In this document: piece by piece, positions 38,509 to 50,553 of the stretch
How the letters are laid out: each line of letters begins with the position of its first letter
Numbering within the stretch: position 1 is the first letter of the stretch
From: Octopus bimaculoides
Taxonomy: Eukaryota
Length of the DNA stretch: 63,890 nucleotides
Reading direction: 5' to 3'
NCBI RefSeq assembly: GCF_001194135.2
Contig: NC_069002.1
Location: 19,166,521-19,230,410 of the forward strand
Program-made: the position numbers and the translations under genes
The notes under the pieces: model-generated
Databases searched by the model: none
What the model was told of the DNA's origin: nothing
What the model saw: the letters and a program-made list of their open reading frames with translations, nothing else

Positions 38509-41214
38509 TGTCCCCTCATTTGTGGGTCACACATAACATTCACAGGCCATTACAGTCAATGCATTCCTTTGAAATATTTAGCACATGAAAATTTTGATAT
38601 GAATAAATAATTATTTCAGTGAAGAAATAATTTTCACATGAAAACGATACTTAGGAATAAAATTTATTCCTGCTATTTGGCATCATAATTAAAATTATAT
38701 TTGCATCGTTTTGGCTCACGATATTTTTTTAAATTTCAGTGACTTGGCCAGAGGTTTTCCACTGACCAGATATCCGGACTGAATGCTGCTAACTGAGGGG
38801 ATTCCACTAAAGGGAGCTAAGGACCAGATTATTTTGGTTAATCTGGCGTCAAGATTTGGAGCGGTAACACTCTTTGGGTTTTGTACAATTCACTCCACCA
38901 CCACCGCTACCACCACCACCACCACCACGGCCGCCGCCTCCGCCACCTCCACCACCAAATTTATTCAACCTTTGGTCATTTCAGATTTCATCAGAATATT
39001 CTCGCTTCGCAATAGGATTGAAACGCGCATCACGCCATTGAGAAGCCCTGACGCAAACATGTCTTCGACACTTTTTGCTGGCACATAAACAGCCATCAAG
39101 ACGATAGACGCCGACGGACTTTGTTCTTAAATAAAACATATATATATATATTGATACATTTAGAAATTGTTCCTTCGAAACGAAAACATAAAGAAAGATG
39201 ATAGATAAGATTAGGTTCAATTCTTGTTATTTAACATCATCGAAATAGTTATGTAGAATTTTGATGGCATTAGAAACCTTGTGGCAAAAACAAAAGCAAA
39301 AAACAACAACAAAAACACGGCTAAAGAAGATGAATTCGACGTGATTAGTGTTCATTAAAGAAATGAAAAAGTGAATAGTTGCTCATTAGGAATGAAGCTG
39401 TATGTTTTCATTTCTAAGCACTGAAGTCAGCTGAAGCAGAATGATTATAGGATTCCAACAGTAAACAAGCAAGAAATTACTCCTGTCGTTCCAATGTGTA
39501 TGACTGGTACCTATGTGTAGGTGAAATGTTAAGATTTTAGTCAACTTGAATGCAAAATACATTATATCTAATGAAGTAATTAATTACGAAAAATTCATGT
39601 CTTGATAAGTAATAATTATGTTGGAACTCTTTCAGTTGTTTAGGTATAGTTTTACTTAGCAAATCTATGAACAAACGCGCCCTAACCATGAACCCCGCCG
39701 CCCCTTTCTTTCAGATATTTGATAACTTCATTATGCAAAATAGACACCAGATTGCAACAAGAATTAATATTGATTTGTATTACTATATAAAGAATATGAA
39801 TAGTTTAAATGTGGAATAACTTCGTTGCTCGTAAATCGGAGGAAATTCAACGCTTCATCCTTCGTTTGCCGTTTCGAAAGATGTTTGTCATATTTCAAAA
39901 CCAGTATTTGATATTCAATGGAACTATACTTAACGACCATCATGGCAGAAAAATCCAGTGACCTAACGGTGTATCAGAAATTTGTATATTTCAAGTGGAA
40001 ACCAGTGACATACTGACTACGAGACGTTCATGGTAGCTATCAAGGAAGGCTGATCACTGCGTCGTTGTTGTCTTAGGCAGTTTGTAGAGATCAAACTATT
40101 TCTTTTGACGTGTCAGTAATAATCTCTCTAATTTTATCTGCATTGTCCATTGGTTTCTGTTTATATGATAAAGTCTGGAGAGTGGGTCAATGAGTTTCCA
40201 ATGGGGTCCCTCCGCTGGGTTGGTATTCTTCCATTTGTGTCCTCAGCCTGTGTAATGTTGTCGCTTTCGTGCACCAACAGTACGAAAGAGGAAATATAGA
40301 ACACTCCTCCTACCGAAACCACGTTTTCAGGGAATCATGGATTCAGAGATGTGGTATTATCTAATGCTACTGGAGGGAGATGCTTCCCATAGTTAGATGA
40401 GGAAGAGAGAGAAAGAAAATGGAGAGAGAATAGTGAAGAATATTTGAGAGGGATCAGAAGGTTATATTTACTGAAGATAACGGCTGGAGCAAAAAGTGAG
40501 GAACGTTCCAATCTAACTCAATCGCTTATCTATGTTTCGTTCCACTGTGTAACTATATATTCTCTAATATTGAAATCCCCTCTAACTGAATTCATTAAAT
40601 ATTTCTGCGTGCAAATAGTAGGAAGGAAACAGGAATAATTATTCTTCTCTATGTTTGTCCCAAAGAACTGCAGCTATGCATTAATAATGTGTAGTCAACA
40701 ACAAAATTTCTTGGACAGATTATTACTGACACACTGAAAGAAATAGCTAACATACTATATTTTGTATTATTATTTATATAATTTTTGTAGAGAACGATTG
40801 TGGCTAGCATTTAATATTTCAGCTGCGGATAATTTATTCATAGGCAACTAAAAAACCATTGTTAATTAGTGGCATATTTTACCTTTATTAGCTGCAGAAA
40901 TTATCGAACATTAATAGGATACGATACCGCAGTTACAACATTTAATGGCGGAATTCTGTTCGAGCGCCCAATTAAATATTCCGTCACTAAACTGAATGTA
41001 CATATGGTTTTCAATACGCTTTTATAAATATTTAATGGTATTTTATAAATATTTTTTGATAGATAATATATTTCAGTGTAAATAAAGTAAATATTTCTAC
41101 GAAAAATAGCTAGATGCATGGTATATATTATAATACATTCATATTTTTATATTATGCTTATGTGCGCGCACACGCTCGCGCGCGCGCACACACACACACA
41201 CACACACATTTATA

Positions 41215-42305
41215 CACAGTTTAAATAATTGTAAAGTAGGTGTTAATTAAAATACATTTCATTCTCAAAATTTAATAGAATCTACAGATATTATTTAATC
41301 ATTTTGTCAACGACTCTTTTCAAACTGACGTCCGTTCTGCTCCAGGCACTGCTGACAACGCGAAGCAATGGAATCGCAAACATTACAAAACAATTCATTT
41401 GGTATTTGTGTGCATTCTCGTTCAATGGCTTCCCTCAAATCAGCGACTGTTGCAGGCTTCATACCCTAGACTTTGTCTTTTGGGTATCCCCATAAAAAAA
41501 AGGAAAGCCTAGTGGTATGAGGTCTGGTGAACGCGGAAGGTGTTCAACAAAACCTATTCGTTCAATCCACCTGTTTGGCAAGATTTCATCAACGAATGGT
41601 CTTGCTGAAAATAAAAATCTTCATTTTCAAAGTCTTCCCTAATGCTTGGCATGACAGACTGTTGCAGCAAGTTCAGGTAAACGGGACCAGTCACAGTAGT
41701 GTCAAAAAAGAATGGTCCAATTAATCCTCTTGATGATAAGCCACACCACACTGCAACGCCTGTTAAATTAACATGCGGATTCTCAGGTCCCAGTAGGTAC
41801 AATTGTGGCAGTTGATTGACCCATTTAATTTGAATGTGGTCCCATCACTCCACACGATCTTTGTTGGAAAGTGTGCATCTTCTACACATCATGCCAAGTA
41901 CCACTCATAATACTGCACTCTTTGGTCTGGATCAGCGTCTTTAATAGCATGGACTAATCTTGGAACGCAACTTTTCCATTCACAACGTTTCAAAATGCGC
42001 TGGAAGACGATTTTGAAATACCAACCTCGCGACTCACTTCTAGCACAGATTTTCTTGGACTTTGGTGATACGTTTCCAGCACTACTTCTTGCTTTGTGAG
42101 GGTTGTCAATGTTCGTGGTCTTCCGGAACGCTTCTAAACAGTTCCATCGGACATTCTGAACAGTTCCATCGGCTTCAAACTTTTCTCTAATTCGAGTGAT
42201 GATAAGTTGTGTTAGGTTATTACATGTTATTCTTCCAAATCATCTCATCAATTTTGTTCTTTTTTTATGTGAGTACTTTATACATACATATCTGTACCCA
42301 CTGTG
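41215..42305 (-). mobile_element. Tc1/mariner-superfamily transposon relic (RWIGR...PRSPDLxPLD type, probably DD41D)
   Basis: [52 protein letters not shown]; ends TA-CACAGT and ACTGTG-TA; a deletion after QQD prevents counting the spacing. Confidence 0.85.
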
Positions 42306-42565
42306 TATTTCATGCGTGTATATATGAATGTATTTTTACATATATGCATATATTGTCGCTTTGTGTATATATTAGTACTTAGAAGTGTATATCATGAATG
42401 TGTATGCGTGCATATGAGTATATACACGCATGTATGTATATATATATATATATACATATATAGGAGAAGAAAATGGATATAACAATAATGGGAAACTCGT
42501 GGTTTTCGCTGGTATGTCTTTAATTAAATAGATAACAAAGAAGGAAGAAGCAGAGATGAGGGTAT

Positions 42566-42614
42566 CATTTACGATCGTTTCAATTTATTGGTTTAAGTAA
42601 ATCTCTTCAGAATG
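42566..42614 (-). ncRNA. Minimal type-I hammerhead ribozyme motif with a GUA site
   Basis: CATT-CTGAAGA-GATTTA(cttaaaccaa)TAAATT-GAA-ACGATCGT-A-AATG; 8-nt palindromic stem III. Confidence 0.75.
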
Positions 42615-42949
42615 CGAATATAGATAGATGCATCGGTTACGCCTGCCCTGTCACCCTCTCCGGCTAACTCGCCCCTGGCGCTAAACCTCCACCACTTCGA
42701 CCTACGAACGTCTTATTTGAGAGTGGGGTGGTGGGGTGGTCGCCTTAATTTGCAACTAAATAATACTCACCCCACCCTAATTACAGAACAAAACTAACCA
42801 ATCTACCACAAGCAAACCTCTACCTAGCGAATTTACCAGCGCAAGGCGAAAAATTTAATGTAAGAATTACCATCTTGCTTACATTAACATCACATATGTA
42901 TCAATTATTTTCGCATCCTAACTGATGCATCTACCTATATTCGCATTCT
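42609..42949. repeat. 31-bp inverted repeat (42609-42639 and 42919-42949), 29/31 identical
   Basis: AGAATGCGAATATAGATAGATGCATCGGTTA versus TAACTGATGCATCTACCTATATTCGCATTCT. Confidence 0.9.
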
Positions 42950-43606
42950 ATTTATATTCACATTCAACATAGTAGTTGAAGTAACGATACCAGGGAGTTG
43001 GATGATTATAACAGTAAAAAAGAGACTTGAGGTTACCTGATACAAAGTATTAATGCTACCACACACCATTTAAGGATGGTCTATGTCTGCAGACTGCAAA
43101 AATTCCCTGGACAGCCAGACATTTAGTTTTTAACTTGCAGAGTTGTAATGATCTGGATTATTTTTGGATCGATGACAAGACTTGTATTTCGGCTGGACAT
43201 GTATATAATTTAGATCCTGTCTTAACTATGCGGTTGACTCCACCCCGAAGAAGTGGCAACTAACAATAAGTGCACATAAAGATACAAAGTTTGCAGTGTA
43301 GATTAGTTAATTACAGCAGAAATATGCGTAGGTGCAGAAACGGAGAGAAGTAATTAACTGCTGAATAAAACTGGATACAAATTTCTATTCACCTTTATTA
43401 TAAATTCATTATTTTCTCTGCCGGAAACATGCAGTCTCAATAAAAACATGGATCTACCGATTTGATGATAGACTGAGGAGAGTCAGTCAAACTAACTGCA
43501 GTGATTTTTTTACACCCAGGAAGGTTAGTCAGCATTAATAACCGATAAATGCGACTACGATACCCACTTGGATTCTATATCCCTGCCAACCAAAGTTTGT
43601 AAATAC

Positions 43607-43641
<35 letters not shown>

Positions 43642-43642
43642 A

Positions 43643-43682
<40 letters not shown>

Positions 43683-43823
43683 GTGCGTGCGTGTGTATGT
43701 GTAGTATCTATATATGTATATATATATATGTGTATATAGATATATTTATACACACACATACATATATACATAATATACACATACCTACCTACACACACAC
43801 ACNNNNNNNNNNTATATATATAA

Positions 43824-43868
<45 letters not shown>

Positions 43869-43971
43869 CGTGCGTGTGTATGTGTAGTATCTATATATGT
43901 ATATATATATATGTGTATATAGATATATTTATACACACACATACATATATACATAATATACACATACCTAC

Positions 43972-44010
<39 letters not shown>

Positions 44011-44117
44011 TGTATGTATATAGATGAAAACATGAAAATGAGTGAGTGGGTTTTAAGCTGCAGATATGTATTTGGCTAAAAATGACAAATAAGTTGCCGT
44101 TGTAGATACTATAATTG

Positions 44118-44302
44118 AGGCGGTGAGCTGGCTGGACTGTTAGCCAGCCGGACAGAACCGGCAGCAAACCAACCAGTGTTTACGATCTGAATTCAAATTC
44201 TGCCAAGATTTTGCCTTTCGAAGTCGATGAAGTAAGTACTACAGTAGTTGATGTTCTCGATTGTCCCTGTTCCACAAATTTGTGTCCGCAAAATTTGTAT
44301 CT
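44118..44302 (+). mobile_element. SINE family B, diverged
   Basis: GAGGCGGTGAGCTGGC...TTCAAATTCTGCC...TTGCCTTTCGAAGTCGATGAAGTAAGTAC. Confidence 0.7.
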
Positions 44303-45574
44303 ATAGGGTGAAAGGGATATCAAATAACATACGAGATAAATTTTTCATTTATTTTTATTCAATTCGCTTCTATTTAGGATAAATCTATAGCCATGTGACA
44401 AATGGTATCAACTCCAAATAACAAGGGGAGACAATCACAAGAAACAATAATTTTCCGAAGTTGCAACGCATTTAAGGAAAAGACAATCCTATTGGAGACA
44501 GAAAGACAGTATCACCGGTCTCTACTGCTGGTTTGCTTTCCCGAGATTACCGAGGCTTTAGAAGTGAAAGCAAGAGCTTTTCTGGTGCTTACAACTGTGT
44601 TACCTCAGGCAAACTTAGAATTCTAAGTAGGTGGGGGTCTATAGTTTCAAGATATCTTGTTGAACGCTCTGACATTTCCACTGCTTTACAGTTCCAAATT
44701 GGGACTTTGTTTCATCTATACTATAAGGCAAGATTTGAACTCAGTAACTACTTAGACGCAACCAATACCGTTAGTTATTACTTCTAACGGTCTCACTGTT
44801 CTGCCAAAAGCAGTGATGCAAATGGTAGTGAGGAATCTTTAAGAACTGAGAATTAGCGAAAATGTTAGTGACTATAACGATGTTATGAAGATCGCTATGA
44901 TATAGGAAGATAGAAAGTAAATTAATTAAACTTCAGTCATTAATTAGAGAGACAGGAAAACTGCTAATTAAATTCATGATGAGTATATTAGTAATTGATC
45001 AGCAATGGTGGTGGTGGAAGGACTCATATTTTGTTCATTAAAAATTTGGAACCTATCTAACCTGGCAAGCTATACTCTCATCTTTATTCCCCTGGAATAT
45101 AAATGTTGAGCGTTGGCATATGATGGCGTGATATTGTCTTCGAATCGTTAATGTGATGCCCTACAAAGAAAACAACCAACGGCTGGAATCCCAGCAACTG
45201 AGCATTGTATGGGTGACGACTGCTTCGTCATTGGTGCAGTAATGAGACAGTTTTGACTTGTTGCACTCAGTGGAAATATAATTAGATATATTCTGTATGC
45301 TATATACTCTAGATATACATTTAAGCTGATGACAACATTTGTGAGTCATGAATTATATATATTTTATGATGGTCACCACCACCACTTTGGGTACTACTAC
45401 CTAAACATTTGTTAACCTATTCTTTATTGCAAATAATTTTATTGAATTCTGCTCAGCTTTACAAGGATAAAAGAAAAACATTGAATTTCTTGAAACGTAA
45501 AGGCAAAACTAAATATACTGCATAGCCATTGATACAACTAATGTTTCTACAGCTACTGCGAGTACTTTTAGTGG

Positions 45575-45744
45575 ATGGTTAAATCGATACTGTTGACCCC
45601 ACAACATAACTGGCACTTTATTTTATCGATCCCAGTATGATGAAAGTTGACCTCGGTAGGTTTTTTTACTAAAAAAGAACATATCTCTTCCAAGTGGAAA
45701 TAGACATTTTCAAAGTGCTAACGATTCAGTCAATTCACCGCCTT
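45575..45744 (-). mobile_element. SINE family B, diverged
   Basis: AACTGGCACTTTATTTTATCGATCCC...GAAAGTTGACCTCGG...TCACCGCCTT. Confidence 0.7.
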
Positions 45745-45809
<65 letters not shown>

Positions 45810-45811
<2 letters not shown>

Positions 45812-46490
45812 CAGAGAAAGTAAAGCCAATAGCCAGATACAGTTGTCGGAGATCATGAAGAAAAAAAAAATGCTTTCTAATTGATGACAACGTTTCTCTA
45901 AAAGAAATGGAGAAACTTTCTTTTAGAGAATGGAGAAATGAAGTCGGCGAGCTGGCAGAAACGTTAGCATGCCGGATGAAATGCTTAGCGGTATTTCGTC
46001 TGCCGCAACGTTCCGAGGTTGACTTTGCCTTTCATCTTTTCGAGGTCGATAGATTAAGTACCAGTTACGCACTGGGGTTGATGTAATCAACTTAATCCCT
46101 TTGTCTGTCCTTGATTGTCCCCTCTATGTTTAGCTCCGTGTGGGCAATAAAGAAATAAGAAATGGAGAAACTTTCAAAATACAAAGACCTGGAAATAGAG
46201 GTAACTCGAATGTGGAATCTAAAAATAGAAACAATTCCTATCATAGTAGGTGCCTTAGGTATGATAAAAGAATATTCAGACAAATACATGACAAAAACAC
46301 CAGGACTTACACATATATATAACATACAGAAAATTGCACTACTAGGCACTGCACGCATCCTACTTCAAACACTTTCAATACAGTAACCATAAGAGCACCA
46401 CATCAAACCACAGCACATACCCAAGGCACACAGAGCTGCGCTCGGGAGTGAAGTGAAAGCACGATATAAAAATAAGACTACTGAATAATT
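45810..46490 (+). mobile_element. R4/Dong-clade LINE 3' end, interrupted by a SINE
   Basis: DHEEKKCFLID..DNVSLKEMEKLS / EKLSKYKDLEIEVTRMWNLKIETIPIIVGALG...IQKIALLGTARIL; preceded by (AAT)n(GAT)n. Confidence 0.88.
45941..46156 (+). mobile_element. SINE family B, near full length, nested in the LINE
   Basis: GGCGAGCTGGCAGAAACGTTAGC head, GCCTTTCATC...GTCGAT...AAGTACCAGTT core, AATAAAGAAAT tail; flanked by a 19-bp direct repeat. Confidence 0.92.
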
Positions 46491-46494
46491 TGTT

Positions 46495-46989
46495 GTAACC
46501 CCCGTCGGTCATGAATAACCACGGGACTGCACCTAGAAAGTTACCCTCCGAGGCACAAGTCTGGGCAAGGTTGTTTATGGAAGACCAGTTGTCGCCCATG
46601 CATACCAGCCTCCTCTCCCCACGCCACCGGTGTTATCCAAGGGAAAGGCAAAGGCCGATACATCTTGGCACCAGTGATGTCGCAGCTCATTTATTAACAT
46701 GCAAGTGGCTGAGCACTCCAAAGACACGTATACCTTTAACGTAGTTCTCGGGGAGATTCAGCGTGACACAGAGTGTGACAAGACTGGCCCTTTGAAATAC
46801 AGGCACAACAGAAACAGGAAGTAAGAGTGAGAGAAAGTTGTGGTGAAAGAGTATAGCAAGGTTCACCACCACATCCTGCCGGAGCCTTGTGGAGCTTTAG
46901 GTGTTTTCGCTCAATAAACACTCACAACGCCCGGTCTGGGAATGGAAACAGCGATCCTACGACCGCGTGTCTGCTGTCCTAACCACTGA
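46495..46989 (-). mobile_element. SINE family C (tRNA-like head at about 46989)
   Basis: Minus strand begins TCAGTGGTTAGG...CGTAGGATCGCTGTTTCCATTCCCAGACCGGGCG (A/B-box-like); family unity inferred from recall. Confidence 0.7.
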
Positions 46990-47117
<128 letters not shown>

Positions 47118-47499
47118 CACGTCAATATGCATAATAGAGAACCACTTCATAAACTCTCAAATACAATCCAAAATAGAAAATAAATTAAAATTTGAAACTA
47201 TGTAAGTGTTATATCGCACGTTCGTATGGCGTGCCTTCGCCAATAACGTACCCCTACTCAACTACCGAATTCTCACTTCCGTCAACTCGACTCAACAGAA
47301 CTCGACGTCTAGTCTACCCCACGGCCCCGGGTCGTTCCACGCGACACTTCGCTTCTACGACTAGCTGTTATAACTTCCTCCATCATTTATACGTATTGGA
47401 TTAGCCTACTTATCGTCTGGGAGCGTGCACACAACAGTAACAAAGGAAATTATACATGAATTGAAACCAGATCTCTTACGAAAACCAAATTATTTGCGC

Positions 47500-48682
47500 A
47501 GCTGCTAAGACAATTGAAACCAGTTGTTTGCGCCTCTGAAAAAAAAAACAAAAAATACAAACCTGAGAAAAATTACAAACTGGAAAAGTAAAATTGAAAT
47601 AGTGAAAGGTGAAATGTCAATATTGAATGAACTAATCAGTGGAAACGATGAAAAAACTAGAAAAGAAGGAAGATGAAGAGAAAACATAGATTCTCATCAA
47701 GAGAAGAACTGTTTTCAGCAAAAGAAACACTGCACAGTCCAAACAAAATCTCGAAGTATACGAAGATTTGAGAAGAGAAACAAGTTTTACGAGCAAAATA
47801 AACTGTTTACATCCAATGCGAGAATATTCTACAGAGAACAAGGGAAGGAGAAAATAACTGTTGAAGACCTCCCTCCTCCCACGGAAGAATTTGAAAACTT
47901 TTGGAAATATACCTGGAATGATAAAAAGACTGACAATGAAAAAGCAGACAGGATGAAACACACAGAAGGATCCTACCAAAACTTACCAGATCAAGCATGG
48001 GAAGACATCACAATAGCAGACTTAAGGATGACATATGTGAAGGCTCGTAAGTGGAAAGCTCGCATCGCTCACGTGCGCACACGAACAGTTAGTCCAGTTA
48101 CTCTATGAAATTAGGAGAAATCCTACCTGATTGGTTAGCAAGAGATATTACTTACCTACACCAGAAGAATGATGAAACCAATTTTCCTCAAAGCTATCGG
48201 ACCATAACATGACAAAGTGAGTGACGACGAGGCTGATATGAATGCAAAGACCAACTCTTAATCAATCGCATGATTCTTCAGAACTGTCATAACAAATTTA
48301 GAAATCTCAGTTCCGCATGGATTGATTATAAAAAGGCCTTTGACAGCATAACGCATTCGTGAATCTTGAAATCGCTGGATATCTTCAAAATTTCTCCTGT
48401 GATTTCAAACTTACTGAAGCACAATATGTCAGTGTCAATGAATAAGATCGCAGTAGTCATAATAATTGTTGGAGCCCTGGGAACAGTGAGTAAAAATCTT
48501 CAGAAGTACATGGAACGAATAGCGGCTGCATTAAGGGTGGAGCACTTGCAGAAAACAGCACTGTTTTGAACCGCTCGAATACTTCGGAAGGTGCTCGAGA
48601 AATAAGGGGCGTTACCTTAGTTCACTGGTAGGGAACAGCTAGCACCGTAGTACGTCTTCTGCATTAGAAGCTGTGCAAAGTC
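47500..48682 (+). mobile_element. R4/Dong-clade LINE relic: N-terminal region and RT start fused to a 3' end with an (AAT)n tail
   Basis: RRFEKRNKFYEQNKLFTSNARIFY, EFENFW, AWIDYKKAFDSITH, then IIVGALGTVSKNL...VEHLQKTALF*TARILRKVLEK*. Confidence 0.85.
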
Positions 48683-48686
48683 AATA

Positions 48687-48754
<68 letters not shown>

Positions 48755-49559
48755 TGATGATGATAATAATAAAAATAACAACAACAACAATAATAATAAC
48801 ATCAACAACAACAATAATCATAATCTTAATGATAACGTCTGTTTATGCATAAAGATTTTACTTTGAGAAAGATAAATGGAAAAATTTCGCTTCTGTTCCA
48901 GTTTAGCATCGGGTGAAATAATTTCAGCGATGAATGCTAAGCGAGTCGTGATATCAGTTGGCAGGGAGCCGACATCTTCACCCTGCAGCGCTCATCACTG
49001 AATCCAGGGAAAATTTGAGTCGTGATATGGAGACAGTGTTTAATTCATCTGGGTGCCGTGTTTATCGAGCGAAATATGAGCTCACCTCAAATTGAACGTC
49101 TTAATGTCAAATAGGTTAACATTAAAGAATGAATAACATCTTTTGTTCATGTTATATCCTGTTGAGTAGGATTTGATGTCATGTACAGAAATCAAAGATA
49201 TTGTGAAAAAGATTACTGTGGGAATATGTGTATGTATAAATGTGTGCAATTACACACGCACACACACACACATTCACATCACATGCAAACAAATACACAT
49301 ACACACACTTATACATACGTATATATAATGCCGTGCGCTGTAATGTAATATATTAGTGAAATATAATCAAGTAGAATAGTTTACACTTTCGTTATGGACT
49401 GAAATATAATGTAATATTATAACAGGTAGGTTACAGCTGCGCGCGCGCACACGCACACTCACACACACACACACACACATGGCCTCAACACCATAAGCTC
49501 TCGCGGTCCATCGCCAAGACATGGCACCATAGGAATTGCCTTTACCAAAGCTTCTGGTT

Positions 49560-50340
49560 ACCCCAGTAATAGTGAGTGAAATTCCAGGATATTCGAACTA
49601 AATTTGATAATTTTGACAGGAATGAAAACACAACACCTATTACGAAATTAAAAGGATTTTAAAAGATTCTAAAATATCAACTAGATTATAGCTGCAACAT
49701 AATATTTTCCTCAAAGTAGCTGCCCTCAACCTTCAACACAGCCTCAACACGGTTTCAGAACCCTGCACCTGCTTTCCTCATTGCGTTCCGGACAAGATCT
49801 TCGAACAGCTCTTGATCTTGGCGTCCAGCTCGGCCTTAGTGTTTCAGGCAGCACAGTTGGCGTGTTTCTTTACTGCGCCCCACGTGTGTTAAATCATGGA
49901 ATTACATTCGGGGGAATTAGGAGAAAAGAATTTGGTGATGTTGACATCACAGAAATTCTCAGACAACCACTTCTGAATTTTCCCGGAGGTGCAGCAAGGA
50001 ATCGAATCCTGCTGCCAGAAATGCCACCATTTTGTACTAACCTTCTTAAGTCAACATTTGACCAGAGTCTCCAACAGCTTTACATATACATCTGAACTGA
50101 GCCTAAGGCCCTCTTCAAATTCGAGGGATGGCATGACATCCTCTTCATTGGAAACACACTTTCAAACCATGACAGTTTGGGGTAATTTGTTTTTCACGAT
50201 GTCCCATGTCGCGATGTCCACGCCACGATGCCCATGCTACGATGTCCATACAGTGGTTTGGCATTTAGTTTCACATTACGAAGTAAAATATACTTCAGTG
50301 TTAAAGGCTGTAGGAAGTTGGTGAAATAATGGTTGCTGCC
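49560..50340 (-). mobile_element. maT-family (DD37D) transposase 3' half, decayed
   Basis: PQTVMV..VSNEEDVMP...FWQQDSIPCCTSGKIQKWLSENF...SPNSPECNSM; 37 residues then a 1-nt deletion at the third D. Confidence 0.85.
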
Positions 50341-50424
50341 TGGATGTGAACGCTATTTTTGTTGGTTCCTCTGCGTAGTCGATTCCGAGAGAATGATGAA
50401 CATATCACCCCGATACCTGATTTT

Positions 50425-50553
50425 GAATTGATTTACTGACCCTGCAGAGACAACGTACAGAATTTCGTCTCGGTGGCATTAGAATTCAGAGCGCAAGAAT
50501 GATTATCACAATATATTCTATCCTGCGCTTTAACGAATCTGCCAGTTCACCTT
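50425..50553 (-). mobile_element. SINE family B fragment
   Basis: CTCGGTGGCATTAGAATTCAGA...TAACGAATCTGCCAGTTCACCTT. Confidence 0.55.

Noticed and set aside
43610-44005. About 190-bp tandem duplication
   Set aside because: Identical copies on each side of a short N gap; assembly overlap artefact.
47315-47360. HDV-like ribozyme suggested by the P3/L3-like GTCG-TTCCACG-CGAC
   Set aside because: No P1 or P2 complementary strands found on either strand.
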